From assembly GCA_025201805.1 (NCBI GenBank), contig MU619288.1:16833-80832 (forward strand): a stretch of 64,000 nt of DNA, in the 5' to 3' direction. The translations under genes were made by a program, and so were the position numbers. Under the pieces are notes generated by a model. The model was not told where the DNA came from. It ran no database searches and saw only the letters and a program-made list of their open reading frames with translations. This document shows, one piece after another, positions 51,011 through 62,629 of this stretch. The stretch is from Parasitella parasitica NRRL 2501 (taxonomy: Eukaryota; Fungi; Mucoromycota). The first letter of the stretch is position 1; each line of letters starts with the position of its first letter.

Positions 51011-54000
51011 ATGAAGTTTGGAAAGACATTGTTGTCGAACCAAAGGCCAGAATGGTCAAGAAACTACGTAGCGTATAAAGCTCTCAAAAAGGAAATTAAA
51101 GCTGCATCAACGGAATTACCGCCGCCTGAAGAGCAAGTAACAGGTATAGATCGTCTTGTCACAAATAAGACTAAATCTAAAGGTATTCGGTAGCTATATT
51201 CTTTCGGTTGGACAGAGAGCTGGAGAAAATCAATACCTTTTACGTATACAAGCAAGCCTTGATCCATCGTCGGCTGTGGATTCTGCGAGAAAAGCATGAG
51301 AAATACCATGACGAAAGCGACGAACTCGCCTCCGCATTGAAGGAAACCAGAAGCCAAATGAACAAACTCATGTGGTTTGCCGAATTGAACTCGAAAGGGT
51401 TTCGCAAAATACTCAAAAAGTTAGTAGAATAACAAACATTGATGTTTGTTTATATTATTCTTTTCTAACGCAGTTGCATGCCAGACTAGACAAGAAATTA
51501 GGGCTGGATTTCCAAACTGTTTATTGGGAGACAAAGGTTAGTCTACAAACTATAGTGGGGTTTCAGCAGCAGCTTGTACAAACATACCCTGTAGGTTGCT
51601 GTTTTGCCATTCGCAGCCCCTATTCAGTTACGACAGGAGCTGGATCAAGTTACGGATTGGATTTCAACTCTGTCCTCTTCTGACAGGCAGCAAGACAGCA
51701 GCAACAAGTCGACCTTGAAATTGGCTCGTTATACGTCGAAAAACGAGGATATATCAAACGCAATCAAACAGGACGACCAAGCCAAACTAGCATCCCTGCT
51801 GAAAGAAGGCTCAAGAGTAAGCATCCTGCTTTTTATTACATCTCAAATGACGGAGGTCACTAAATATGAAATGTAGACCAATGACACCATACTAGAATTA
51901 GCAGTGGAGCATGGTTCTGTGCAGTGTCTCAGATATCTCGTTTCATCGGTTGGGTTGTCCCTTGTCACCATCAGAGACATCAACGAACGCAACTTGCTTC
52001 ACCGTATTTGCATCAGACCTCCACCGTCGATGAAAATTGTAGAATCCCTGCTTGAGCTAGAACCTTCGTTGTCCGTTCAGAAAGATTTCGCCGGACGCAG
52101 AGCTCTTCACTATGCTGCAGAATCAAACAACGCACACCTTATTCAACTTTTGCTGCGACACGCAATCGACCATGACTATTATGCTTTGCATGAAGGCTTT
52201 GCCAACCCCGTGTGGCAAGATCGTGAGGGCTTTACGCCTTTGTTCTTTGGCATTATCCATGGTAGCACAGTGGCTGTCAAGGAATTAATCGAAGTCGGGC
52301 AAATTGACAACATTGACGACCTGATGTCATCTGCACACAAATCCCCCACCATTTCCAACGCCTCATTGTCTTCGGAAGAACTTGTGTCCAATGAAAACGA
52401 ACCGCTGCCTGATTTCGCACGCTCACTCCATCACCCCTCGTCCGTCGCCTTGGCTTGCAAACTAAGAAACTTGGAATTGCTCAAACTGCTGATTAGCAAA
52501 AATGCCTCGGTTGATCTGGCAGATGAAGACGGTGAAACGCCTCTACTGTTTGCAATCAGAAGCCATTTTTTGGATGGGGTCAAGGTACTGATCTACGACG
52601 GTCATGTGGATGTAAACTTGGCCGAGAAAGTGAATGGCTGGACACCTCTGATGATTGCCTCGATAGAAGGATTCAAAGATATAGCCGAGGCGTTACTGGA
52701 TGCAAAAGCCAACAAGGATTTAGTAGACCAGAGTGGATGGTCTGCTTCTGAACACGCCGTATTCCGTGGATTCCTCGATATCGGTCGACTCACGTTGCCC
52801 AAGGACGCCAAGCTCCACTTGGATCCAGCTGTTCGTGCGAAACTCACAGGCACGTCGGATGACGAGAGTGGTCAGTCGACACCAGTATCGTCAACTTCCC
52901 CTACTAGTACCACAAAGTCAAGAGCTTCCAAAGCTGTTTCAAAGGCCAGCCGTCTGTATGGTCACAAGTATTTGACTGATCTTTCTATGATCATCATCAC
53001 GCTTGGGTCAAATGACGTCCGAAACCCTCTTTGCCACAAGTTTATCGAGCTTGCTGAAAAGTTTCAGGGCGACGACCAACAACAGAGATTGTCTCTTTCC
53101 GTGTCCGCCACCAACGCATCTGGCGAGTTCCCCATCATCGACTTGCCATCAGAGTTTTCAAATGCATTTTACGCCGAGCCTATAGTCCTGTTCACCGCTA
53201 AACCTGAAGAGGTTACATTAAGATTCGACCTGATTGAAACATTCGGTTCCTCTCGAAATAGCAATGTCTTGGCCCGTGGCACCTCTGTATTGGCCGGCGA
53301 CTTTATATTTACAAAATCAAGAGGCTTCAAGGGTCCAACTGAGAAGGCTTCTTTGAGAGGCCAGCAGACCGTTCCGTTAGTGCAAGCCAAAGATTTGGAC
53401 TGCGTGGGGACCTTGGGCTTTGAATACTTTGTCATCACGCCTTTCGAAAACAAAAACATGAAAATTGGCGATCGCTATACGTACTACAAGTCTGTCGATA
53501 CTCAAGTTATCGGTCACCGTGGTTCTGGCATGAATAGGAAGGGGTCCAAATTGCAAGTTGGTGAAAATACCGTGCTGTCATTTGTCACAGCTGCCTCTCT
53601 GGGTGCCGAATACGTAGAGTTTGGTAAGTTCTACATGTGCTCTTGTTTGGTGGTCTGTGCAACGCACTCATCGTTTTTCTGTCTGTAGATGTTCAATTGA
53701 CCAAGGACCTGGTTCCAGTAATTTACCACGATTGGACAGTGACAGAAACAGGCTACGATGTCCCACTAAACGCCATTACATCAGAGCAATTTCTCAACCT
53801 GAGAAGATCTGGTCAAATCAAAGAATACCACACAGGTGTCAGTGATGGCGAACATGGGATACTCGTTCCTACTTCATCAGAACCCCGCCCAAAGGAGCCT
53901 CAAACAACACAATCGCCCTTGATATCCAACGGACTGCCGCACAATGGCAGTGGCCATAGCACACCTAACGGCGTGCGTACCAACAGATCACATTCGTTCA

Positions 54001-54713
54001 GTGCCAGCAGCCCCAATCGTCTTGATCTGTCTGATCCATTTGAACAAACGAGAACATCCAAATCAGGCAAGATGAAGGGCAACGGGCCGGAGACCATCCA
54101 GGGGCCCTTTACTACGCTTGCCGAGGTATTGAAGAGCGTGCCTAAATCGGCAGGTTTCAACATTGAAGTGAAATACCCCATGATCGATGAAGCAGAGCAG
54201 GACGAGCTGACACAATTTCAGGAACTCAACATCTATGTCGACACCATCTTGGAGTGTGTTTACAACAATGTGCAGCACGACCGTCATATCATCTTTTCCT
54301 CCTTCCACCCGGAAATCTGTTTGGCATTGAACTTGAAGCAGCCCAACTATCCAGTCTTCTTTTTGACCGATGCAGGCACTCTGCCTATGGCGGATAAACG
54401 CTGCAATTCGCTCCAAGAAGCTGTGCGATTTGCCAAGCAAGCTGACCTTTTGGGAATCGTTGCCGCAAGTGAGCCCATTTTAGAAGCTCCCCGAATGGTG
54501 CAGGTTATCAAGGAGATGGGATTGCTTCTGTTTACCTACGGCATACTGAATAACGAAGTTGAGAATGCCATTGCTCAAAAGCATTACGGAGTTGATGCTG
54601 TTATAGTGGTACGTGCATTTCCTTTATAGCGTGCTTGATGTTTCATTTGCTTACTTGTTTTGAATGTGTAGGATTCTGTCTTGCCTGTGCGTAAAGGATT
54701 GCGCGGGGACTAG
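51011..54713 (+). CDS. GDE1: Glycerophosphocholine phosphodiesterase Gde1 (SPX-ankyrin-GDPD), multi-exon
   Basis: MKFGK...YVAYKALKKEIK SPX start; ankyrin repeats (GRRALHYAA, GETPLLFA, GWTPLMIA); GDPD motifs IGHRGSG, ENTVLSF, EFDVQLTKD.VPVIYHD, NIEVKYP. Confidence 0.95.
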
Positions 54714-55028
54714 ATGTATAGTTTACAGCTTGTTTATCAATATTTAAGAGAATTAACATCAAAATCGTGTGCTGTGGATATTATTTAATAAAGTATTTAT
54801 ATTCGTGTGTTCTGAACTGAGCAGGGCGCACTGTTGTACTTTTGTCCAACAGGTTGGCAGGTACATGCATTGGATTATACATATATATATATACCCAAAA
54901 GATGGATCAGGTGCAAAAAGAATCCCATAGTAACAAAAACAAAAAAAGGGAGGGATGGGGGAGGGGGCTTTTTTTCAACGATCGATCAATAAATATAAAT
55001 ATATAAATATATTAAATGCATTTAGGAA

Positions 55029-58000
55029 CTAGTAATGATGGTTTTGCTGAGAATAATAGTATTGACTTGCAGGCGACTTTCTATGCTGAAAATCATTTTG
55101 CGGTGGTTTAGTGGCCCATTGCTCTTCGGTCTCCACAGTTTCTGGGGTTGGGCCCCAGCCGTCTTCGTCTTCCGCTTGATCGTAATATTGATGGCGCTGA
55201 GGTGACAACGAGGGATGTCCCACAACATGGTGGTCATCAGTATATGGCTGGCTGTTTACGGGCGGTGCGTAGTAGTAATAGGGTTGTGGCGGTGGATACA
55301 TGGCAGACGGATCCATGCCATAGTAGACCATGCCGTTCGCTTCGTATCCAGGTGGCAACTGGTGCACATTTGATGGTGGTGGTGGAGGAGATGGGGTGTA
55401 ATATTTATGGTGCTGCTGTTGCAAGTTAGGAGGCGGGCTCGTACTTGAAGATTCACCGAGCTGTAGCGGACTCACAGATCCGCCTGAAGGAGACGAGTGC
55501 ATAGGGAATGGCATGGCATACATGGGGTTACCATTGCCAGTGGGAATCATGGGCATATAGGTTATATTTCCATTTATAGGAGGTGCTGAATGATGAGGGG
55601 CTGGGTAATACGTTGAATGGTATGTTTCTGGTTCTTCTCGTTGTTGGCGCCAGCTCTCCTCAAAGCTGCTGCGAGGGGGTTTTGTGCCGCTGCCATTATT
55701 GCTGGGGCGGCCATTTGTTTTTCGGCTGAATTCCGGACGAGGGCTACTTTGGCCACTGTCATGTCGAAGGTAAGGTTTTGAGGCAGTTCTAGGCGAAAAG
55801 GAGGGTTGGTGATGTTGACCTGGCGCAGTCATGCCAAGCACTTGTTCGTCTTTTATCCAGCCAGGTTCCTCTTCTGCCTCGAGAATGATTTCTACGTCTG
55901 AATCATCGTCACCAGTGCTTTGAAAATTGCCCCAAGCCGAGGCTTCAGGAGAGTCGCTTTCTTCGAACGTATTAATTGATTCAGGAGCATGAGATCCCAC
56001 CCTTGTAGAGAAATAACCTCGGCTCTTCTTCTGTTGCGGTTGCTGCTCATGTACGGCGTTGCGAATTTTCTTACTACTGTATTCTTTATCTGCATTCCAG
56101 TTTGTACTGCTGCTTGATCGAGTATTGTTCCATCCGCCCTTGCCTCCACGAACAGACGAGGACGAAGAAGAGTGTGATTGATCAAAGCTAGCAGCAGAGT
56201 CATTCCAACCTGAGGTTTTAGCGCTCTCTGGTGCTTCCGTCGCATTCCATGACGCATTGGGGTTCGTCTGTTCTAAAGCTGGCTTTGCTCCCCAACCATC
56301 TTCAGCTGCAATAAACGCCTCAGCTTCACGACTACTTTTAGCAGTTGGTATACACTTACCGCTCTTCTCGTCGTTGTCCTTTGGCTGAGCAGACGGTTCT
56401 GCCCATCCGCTTTTTTCAGATGTTTCGATAGCCACGCCATCAATAGTGCCGCATCCATTAGTACTTGCTGCTTCAGGTGTAGGTGCAGGCGCAGATGCAA
56501 GTGCAGGCGCAGGAGCAGGTGCAGTCCAGTTCCCGTCAGTAACTTGAGCAGCCTTTCGATCCACCTTGAGGGGCTTTTGTTGCTTGCCATATGATGATGG
56601 TTTTGACTTGTGATTAGCCTCTTGCTGGTGGTAATTGCTGCGACGAAAGGAGCCAAAATTATCATAGCTTCGGTTGTAGACAGTTTTGTTCAAGTCTGAA
56701 GATGCTGCTTTGTTGATACTGGCCCAGGACGAAGATGCCCTTTCTTCGCCTGGTATTTCTTCTTTGTGCAGTCTCGATTTATTCCACCCTTCTTTCTTTT
56801 GAGTATCGTCGCTCTTGCCACTGGTTGCAGCACCCCATTGAGATGCTGCTGATGTTTTCCAATCATCAGCTTCATTTGCAGCCGAACTATCCATTGCAGA
56901 TATATCTTTTTTGGCAGTGCCCCATCCATCTGTTGCTGCTTCTTGGTTCTTGTTGATTTGCTCTTGATCTGCATTACCGTCGGCAATGGTTGATTGCTCT
57001 GTATTGAATTCAGCAGTTCCCCAGTTGCTGCTAGACACGTTTTTATCTGCTGGCGGTTTTCCCCAGCCATCGCTGTTGGAAGGCGTGTTGAGCGTTAGTG
57101 TTTCAGCTTTGCGGCCATGACTGGATTCTGCGGTGGCAGGAGCCAGAGACTCAATAGCAGCAGGCGCTTTCCAGCTGTCATCTGCGTTGACTTCCGGCTT
57201 TGCTCCCCACCCATCACTTGTATTTTTAGACAATGGCTCTTCTTGGGCTTTGGCTGGGTTGCTCCAGCTATCGTTGGTGTTGGAGGCCTGTGTATCTGCG
57301 TTCGGTTTGTTGTTTGGCGGATCTCCCCAGCCGTCAGAAGATTTTATCGTCAACGGAGCTCTCCATCCTTCCGCAGCCATCTCGCCTTTGACTATAGGTT
57401 CTATTTCCTTGGCTCTGTCAACTGAACCCCAAGCGTTCACCCTTGATGTGTCAGGAGTATCCGATGAAGACTGATCTACTGTGTTACCGGGGCTTGCAGA
57501 AGTTGATAATTGCGGCCATTCTTCATTAGCACGCTTCTGAAACCTGCCAGGTCTATCTTGCTGTTGATGGAAGCTGCCTCCTCCACCACCACCCCGTCCG
57601 CCCCGTCCTCCTCCTGCTCCTCCTCCTACTCCTCTGCCTCTGCTTTTGCTTCCTCTTCCGTTAAAGTTATGGTATCCGTTGGTATTGTGTCTTGGTTGAC
57701 TGTGATGGATTTGTGATTCACCAGATTCCAGCATCTCTCGTTTTCGTCTCTCGTCCTCTTCATCCATTCTCAACAGCTCATCGTAGCCACTGTGATCCCA
57801 TTTTTTGTACATCAGAGGGTCTAAATTGCGATCGTGGGCCTGCTTCTTGGCAAAGGAACTAGCAGTGCTGAAATGTGGTACTGCTTCACGCGTCTCGGTC
57901 AACGCATCTTCTCTGTAGCGATTGTCATGGCCCCAAAATAGTCCAACGTAGGGAACAAAACTTGGATCTTCTGCAAGTTTTCGTCGATACTCACGAAGTT

Positions 58001-58394
58001 CATGGACAGTCTTTTCCTTTCCTTGTTGCTGCAATTCTTGATAGTCGATTTCAGCGGTGGCGAGCGGCTGATCCTCTTTGTCCAAGGCGGTGGCGTTTGT
58101 GTCCTGAATCTCTTTCTCTTGCTCGTCGTTAATTACTCGATCGTCTGATCCTAAATCCGAGTCCTCGTCAGAATCCTCGTCCGACTCTTTGTCTGAATTA
58201 TCATCACTTTCGTCTTCTTCAGAATCATCGTCATCGGCTGTGGAAGAGCCTTCATCGTCATCATCGTCATCATCGTCTTCATCGTCTTCATCGTCATCGA
58301 TATCGGTGGTGATTTCGGTAACGACGGAGCCTTCTTCTTCGTCGTCATCGTATTCGGAATCGTGTCCTCTTCGTCTATGTAATAAATGCGACAT
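55029..58394 (-). CDS. Barentsz/CASC3 (Btz)-domain protein with acidic N-terminus, RGG box, GW/WG-rich region and Pro/Tyr-rich tail (intronless, about 1121 aa)
   Basis: DPSFVPYVGLFWGHDNR...KWDHSGYDE matches the Btz eIF4AIII-binding pattern (P...G.F..HD.R ... W.HD.F); the ORF-track start at 58433 is TTG, so the first ATG is 58394. Confidence 0.8.
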   Translation of the reverse strand: MSHLLHRRRGHDSEYDDDEEEGSVVTEITTDIDDDEDDEDDDDDDDDEGSSTADDDDSEEDESDDNSDKESDEDSDEDSDLGSDDRVINDEQEKEIQDTNATALDKEDQPLATAEIDYQELQQQGKEKTVHELREYRRKLAEDPSFVPYVGLFWGHDNRYREDALTETREAVPHFSTASSFAKKQAHDRNLDPLMYKKWDHSGYDELLRMDEEDERRKREMLESGESQIHHSQPRHNTNGYHNFNGRGSKSRGRGVGGGAGGGRGGRGGGGGGSFHQQQDRPGRFQKRANEEWPQLSTSASPGNTVDQSSSDTPDTSRVNAWGSVDRAKEIEPIVKGEMAAEGWRAPLTIKSSDGWGDPPNNKPNADTQASNTNDSWSNPAKAQEEPLSKNTSDGWGAKPEVNADDSWKAPAAIESLAPATAESSHGRKAETLTLNTPSNSDGWGKPPADKNVSSSNWGTAEFNTEQSTIADGNADQEQINKNQEAATDGWGTAKKDISAMDSSAANEADDWKTSAASQWGAATSGKSDDTQKKEGWNKSRLHKEEIPGEERASSSWASINKAASSDLNKTVYNRSYDNFGSFRRSNYHQQEANHKSKPSSYGKQQKPLKVDRKAAQVTDGNWTAPAPAPALASAPAPTPEAASTNGCGTIDGVAIETSEKSGWAEPSAQPKDNDEKSGKCIPTAKSSREAEAFIAAEDGWGAKPALEQTNPNASWNATEAPESAKTSGWNDSAASFDQSHSSSSSSVRGGKGGWNNTRSSSSTNWNADKEYSSKKIRNAVHEQQPQQKKSRGYFSTRVGSHAPESINTFEESDSPEASAWGNFQSTGDDDSDVEIILEAEEEPGWIKDEQVLGMTAPGQHHQPSFSPRTASKPYLRHDSGQSSPRPEFSRKTNGRPSNNGSGTKPPRSSFEESWRQQREEPETYHSTYYPAPHHSAPPINGNITYMPMIPTGNGNPMYAMPFPMHSSPSGGSVSPLQLGESSSTSPPPNLQQQHHKYYTPSPPPPPSNVHQLPPGYEANGMVYYGMDPSAMYPPPQPYYYYAPPVNSQPYTDDHHVVGHPSLSPQRHQYYDQAEDEDGWGPTPETVETEEQWATKPPQNDFQHRKSPASQYYYSQQNHHY

Positions 58395-58599
58395 GATAAA
58401 CTCGCAGGGTTTCAATGATGAAAGAAAATGCAAATGGGTTGTTTGAAAAATTTAAACTTTCCTGCACATGCTTGTTTAAAAGAATCAAGAAGAAAAAAAT
58501 TGTGGTAACCATAGTGACCTTTTTTTTTTTCTATGGTTACTTATTGTTGTACCTTTGATATCATTTATATGGTATCCGCGAGAAAGGCATCTCTTTTTC

Positions 58600-59300
58600 T
58601 GGCATTTTTCGCCATATCACAGAACACATCTGATTCACGTTAAAAAGATCAAAGCCCATTGAAGAGAAAAGGAACGATCCGGCTACCATTGCCTCAAGAA
58701 AAAAATTTGTCGAATCCTTGCAAGACCTAGGGATATCCTACAAAACTAATTGCATCTCTGTAGATGAATCAGGTTTCAACGTAAATCTGATCCGTCAACT
58801 AGGATGGTCTCGAAAAGGTGAAAATGCTGCGATAACTACCAAGACGAAGAGAATCCTGAACGTTACTATCATCTCGGCAATCTCGAGCAAAGGTGTTGAA
58901 GGTGTTTCCGCTAAAATTGTAAAAAGAAGGTTACAACTTGAGCAATTTTTATCGACTTTCCAAAACCGTTGATCAAAAGACTCGATGATAGCAATGCTGC
59001 ACCGCATTATTTCATTATGGACAGTGCTGGGATCCATACTCCCCATGAAGTCAAAAATTTCATCCAGACAACAAGGCATAAAATACACTTCTTGCCTCCA
59101 TATTCGCCTTTTTTTGAACCCAATCGAAGAAAGCTTCTCCAAGCTTAAAGCTTTGACAAAAAAGAAAGCCAGGCTTAGGCAGCAATGAGTTTTTGCAGTA
59201 TATTGGAGATTGCAGTAGAGAAATTACCAGAGAAGATTGCAAGGGTTGGCACAGCATCAGCTTTTTTTCTGATTGCCTTGCCTCCAAAGAAATCTATTAA
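58600..59300 (+). mobile_element. Tc1/IS630 transposase pseudogene
   Basis: TLKRSKPIEEKRNDPATI...CISVDESGFNVNLIRQLGWS...FIMDSA.IH...PPYSPFLNPIEESFSKLK across frameshifts. Confidence 0.88.
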
Positions 59301-59619
59301 AGAATAAAGATAAATTTTATTTCTACTATCAACCCATTATCCACCAAGTTAAATCAGTAAAATCACTGCTTTTATTTTGCAATTTCTGAAAAAAAAAAAA
59401 ATCCAAATAAATGATAAAGGTCATGGTGATTTCGATAATAAATATTAGGATTTCTGGTAAAAAAAAACCTTTTATTTCTGATAAAAGCTAACAAGTTTCT
59501 GAGGGAAGAGAAATGTCTCCCTGAAAAAATTTCAAGTGGGGATTTCCATATTTAGAGAAAAAGAATAATTGCTTTGTTTCATTCTAGTGAAAATACAAAG
59601 AGAATATGTCATATCTTTA

Positions 59620-59800
59620 AGTCCAAGGTAGTCTTTAGAAAAGGTTACGGTTGTCTACTGGCAAACATCTGCGATTCTTGGCGTAATTGTGTCTGTTGAC
59701 TTTAGATCAATAAACCTTTAATTGGATTCAGGAACGGAGAGCAAGGTTGAAGATAAACACATCTATGTCCTTGAGACTTCATAAGTTTCTATATTAATAA
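59620..59800 (-). mobile_element. Tc1/IS630 transposase C-terminal remnant
   Basis: LMKSQGHRCVYLQPCSPFLNPIK, a degenerate YLPPYSPFLNPIE. Confidence 0.65.
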
Positions 59801-61033
59801 TTTTTTATGAATGGGTGTGTTATCCTGGTGGCAGATTGATTCATTTTCTCTGGCATTTTTTTTTATACCCTCAGTTGATTTGGCATTTTCTAATGTAAGA
59901 GGTTTTGTCAGACATATATTAAGCTGGGTTCTCTATATCCAGTTGCACAGTAGAACAGCTAGTCAAACCTATGTCATCTTTTTCATAATACTGGAATGGT
60001 TTAAAAGTGTGTGCCTTTGCAAAGCCATAGTAGATTTTAGGCGCCTGATTTTTTTTTTTTTGTCTGCGCGACCACCAACTTCAGCGTATTATTGTCAAAA
60101 AAAGACAAAAAGTGTAAGAAAATAATGTTTAGCGATCTCAAACACAAAAACAAGTAATGCAAATTAATGCATTAGACTATAAGGCATCTTTTGATTACAT
60201 AATTGCATAGTTTAGAGCAAGTTTTTGTACTTTTCAATTTGAAATCAAATGAAGGTAGCGACTTTTCTGACTTTTTTCGGAAAAGTATTTTTCAAAATTG
60301 GAGCGTGAGATTGTCAGGCCAGGTACAGGCATGCAAGTACTACCATTAAAAATCCAAAAAGCACACTATTTAGGTGAACGAGACGCAAATGTTTTTCGCT
60401 TGAATTGGGTAAGCTATAGCTTCTCAAAGCTAATGCTTCCTTCAAAAAAGCACAATTTTTCTTCGATAGCGGAGATTAAACGTGTCCAAAATTAGGAAGG
60501 AAAAAGTTCTTTCAGAAACTCCATTTGGACAATTCGAAAACAAAATTACTCGTTTTAGGCAAAATATCATCCTCTGATATTATGCATACCACGGCTGTCA
60601 GTCTATGATAATAGCTGTAATTTTGGACGCTCTACACGATGGTGTCATTTTGATAATCCCCGCATATTCATGGAAGGAATTATGTCGAGAAACCCTCAAA
60701 AACAGATCAAGAGGAAAAAGTCGACATTTTGCTTAATCACAGCGCATTTCCACTCTTTCAGACCAAAGGACGGTCTTTTACGATCATTTTCCTCCAATAT
60801 ATGCTATAGTAAAAAGTTGCATTTTTGAGGTCGAAATCGAGGATAATACATAATCGATGATTTTGGATGTGTGGATACAAGGAAAAAATCGAAAATATCT
60901 GCCATTTTGCATCGAAAAAAAAATCATGCTCAAATTGCACCAAAATCATATATAACATAGTCTTTTCCCAATGGATACTACAGTCGACGAAAAAAGATTG
61001 GCTCAATAAATAAAATGATTGGTCAATTCGAAA

Positions 61034-61125
61034 TGGAAATGGGTCACTGATTCTGAAAATGGATCACCAAGACAAAAATTGTCAGTTTTGAAAATGGATC
61101 ACTCAGTATGAAAATAGATCGTCAA
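61034..61125. repeat. Four copies of a TGAAAATGGATCAC-like motif (spacing 20/35/20 nt)
   Basis: Copies start at 61034, 61054, 61089 and 61109, at the 3' end of the transposase; candidate subterminal transposase-binding repeats. Confidence 0.6.
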
Positions 61126-62444
61126 TACAGAAATACAGTGCATGCACTTTTTTTTTTGCTTCTTGTAGTCCTTTTTCGCAATTCAAGCATCTTTGCCAGA
61201 ATGTCAAGGAATGCTTTATCCAATTCTCGCAATCTTTTCTGCTGATGTGAAGTAATGCGTTGCGAGTACGATCAGAGATTTTTTCATTCTGCCTGACAGA
61301 AGAAGGATCGTTATTTACAACAGTCTTCAGTTTGGACCAAAACTCCTCAATTGGATTCAAAAAAGGAGAATAAGGGGGGCAAAAAGAGAAGTTTATAGCC
61401 ACGCTGCTCAACCCAACTTCCAATAAGTGCAGCCTTGTGAATGGATGCATTATCAAGAACTAGATATTTATAGCTCATGTTAGCCGCATCCAGTGTCGTA
61501 AGGACTTGTTTAATGTATTCAGGAAAGTCGCTGCTGGTAGTGCCCTTTTTCTTGGAGGCTTGAGCCTTCTCGCCAGTTCGAGTTCGTTTTCTGCTCCTAT
61601 CACCAAGTACAACTTCTTTTCTAGATATTGTGATTAAGCCACTCTTGCAAATGGCACCCAAGTTGCTGACATTTGCTCCCTTCGTTTGAACATCAATTTT
61701 GCAAGGTGTTTCAGCCTCAGGCCATCCATATGAGTGATGCATGCTCCTATTGAAACCAGCTTCATCCAAGAATACACATTTATTCATAAAGTCTATGTTC
61801 TGACTAATCCAGTATGCCACCGCATCTCGTCTTTTAGCAATAGTTTCATCCGTATTTCTGCCATAATATCTGGGAATGATACGCTTGTAGGTCAAGCAGC
61901 ACTTCTTCTTCATGTGGTTTTCAACTGATCTGGGGGCGATCTGTATATCTCTGAATTTTTTTGACAGGTGGTCTGTAACAGCTTCAACTGTCAATGTTGG
62001 CTCATGAGCCAGCAGTTCAAAGATAAATACAGTATGTTCATCTTGTAGTATTGTTGGCCGTCCCTTTCTTTCTTTGGCCACGACAGAGTCAGGGAATCCT
62101 CTTTCTCCTACTTCGCTTGTCATTTGATGCCACTGCTTGATTTTACGAATAGCTGTTGATCTGGGAAGCCCTACCTTTCTACTCGCTTCACTGATAGACA
62201 TACTCTCAAATTCTTGCAACAGATTGATCAAATTGACTACCTTTGTTTGGTTCTTCGTAATGTATGATCCCCTTTCTTTTTTTACTACATCAAGAGAGGT
62301 CTCTTTGGAGTGAGGTTTAGTTTTTTTCTTAGCTTCCCTTTGTGCTGCATTTACTGCTGCAGTCTCTTCCCAGTCCATATATGATTGAATCATTACAGGT
62401 ACTATCTCAATGTCAAAATTGTATTCTTCATTCATGTTTAGCAA
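61103..62444 (-). mobile_element. Near-intact Tc1/IS630-type DD34E transposase with one +1 frameshift
   Basis: HTH (SISEASRKVGLPRSTA), GRP, DEAGF, LDNASIH, then LPPYSPFLNPIEEFWSKLK in the other frame; 34 residues between the second D and E; extra C in the C-run at about 61374-61379. Confidence 0.93.
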
Positions 62445-62629
62445 TATGAAAAAATCAAGAAGAGAAAAAGAGGAGAAGATTTAGCTAATCCTCAAACTGT
62501 GTTGTCATGGTAGATTTGATTGTTTATTCAAGATCTTCGTTCAATCCGAGCTATCTGCTAATGAATATCCATGTGTTGTACACATACACACACATAAATT
62601 TAGGTATCATAAATTGCTTATATGCACAG

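Noticed and set aside
59800-61030. AT-rich stretch between Tc1 remnants as an independent gene
   Set aside because: Short ORFs lack motifs; likely the non-coding interior of a transposon, but I could not define termini.
61034-61125. Repeat-spacer-like pattern as a possible CRISPR array near a TnpB-like gene
   Set aside because: Repeats are only about 14 nt, degenerate and unevenly spaced, in a eukaryotic context with no cas genes.
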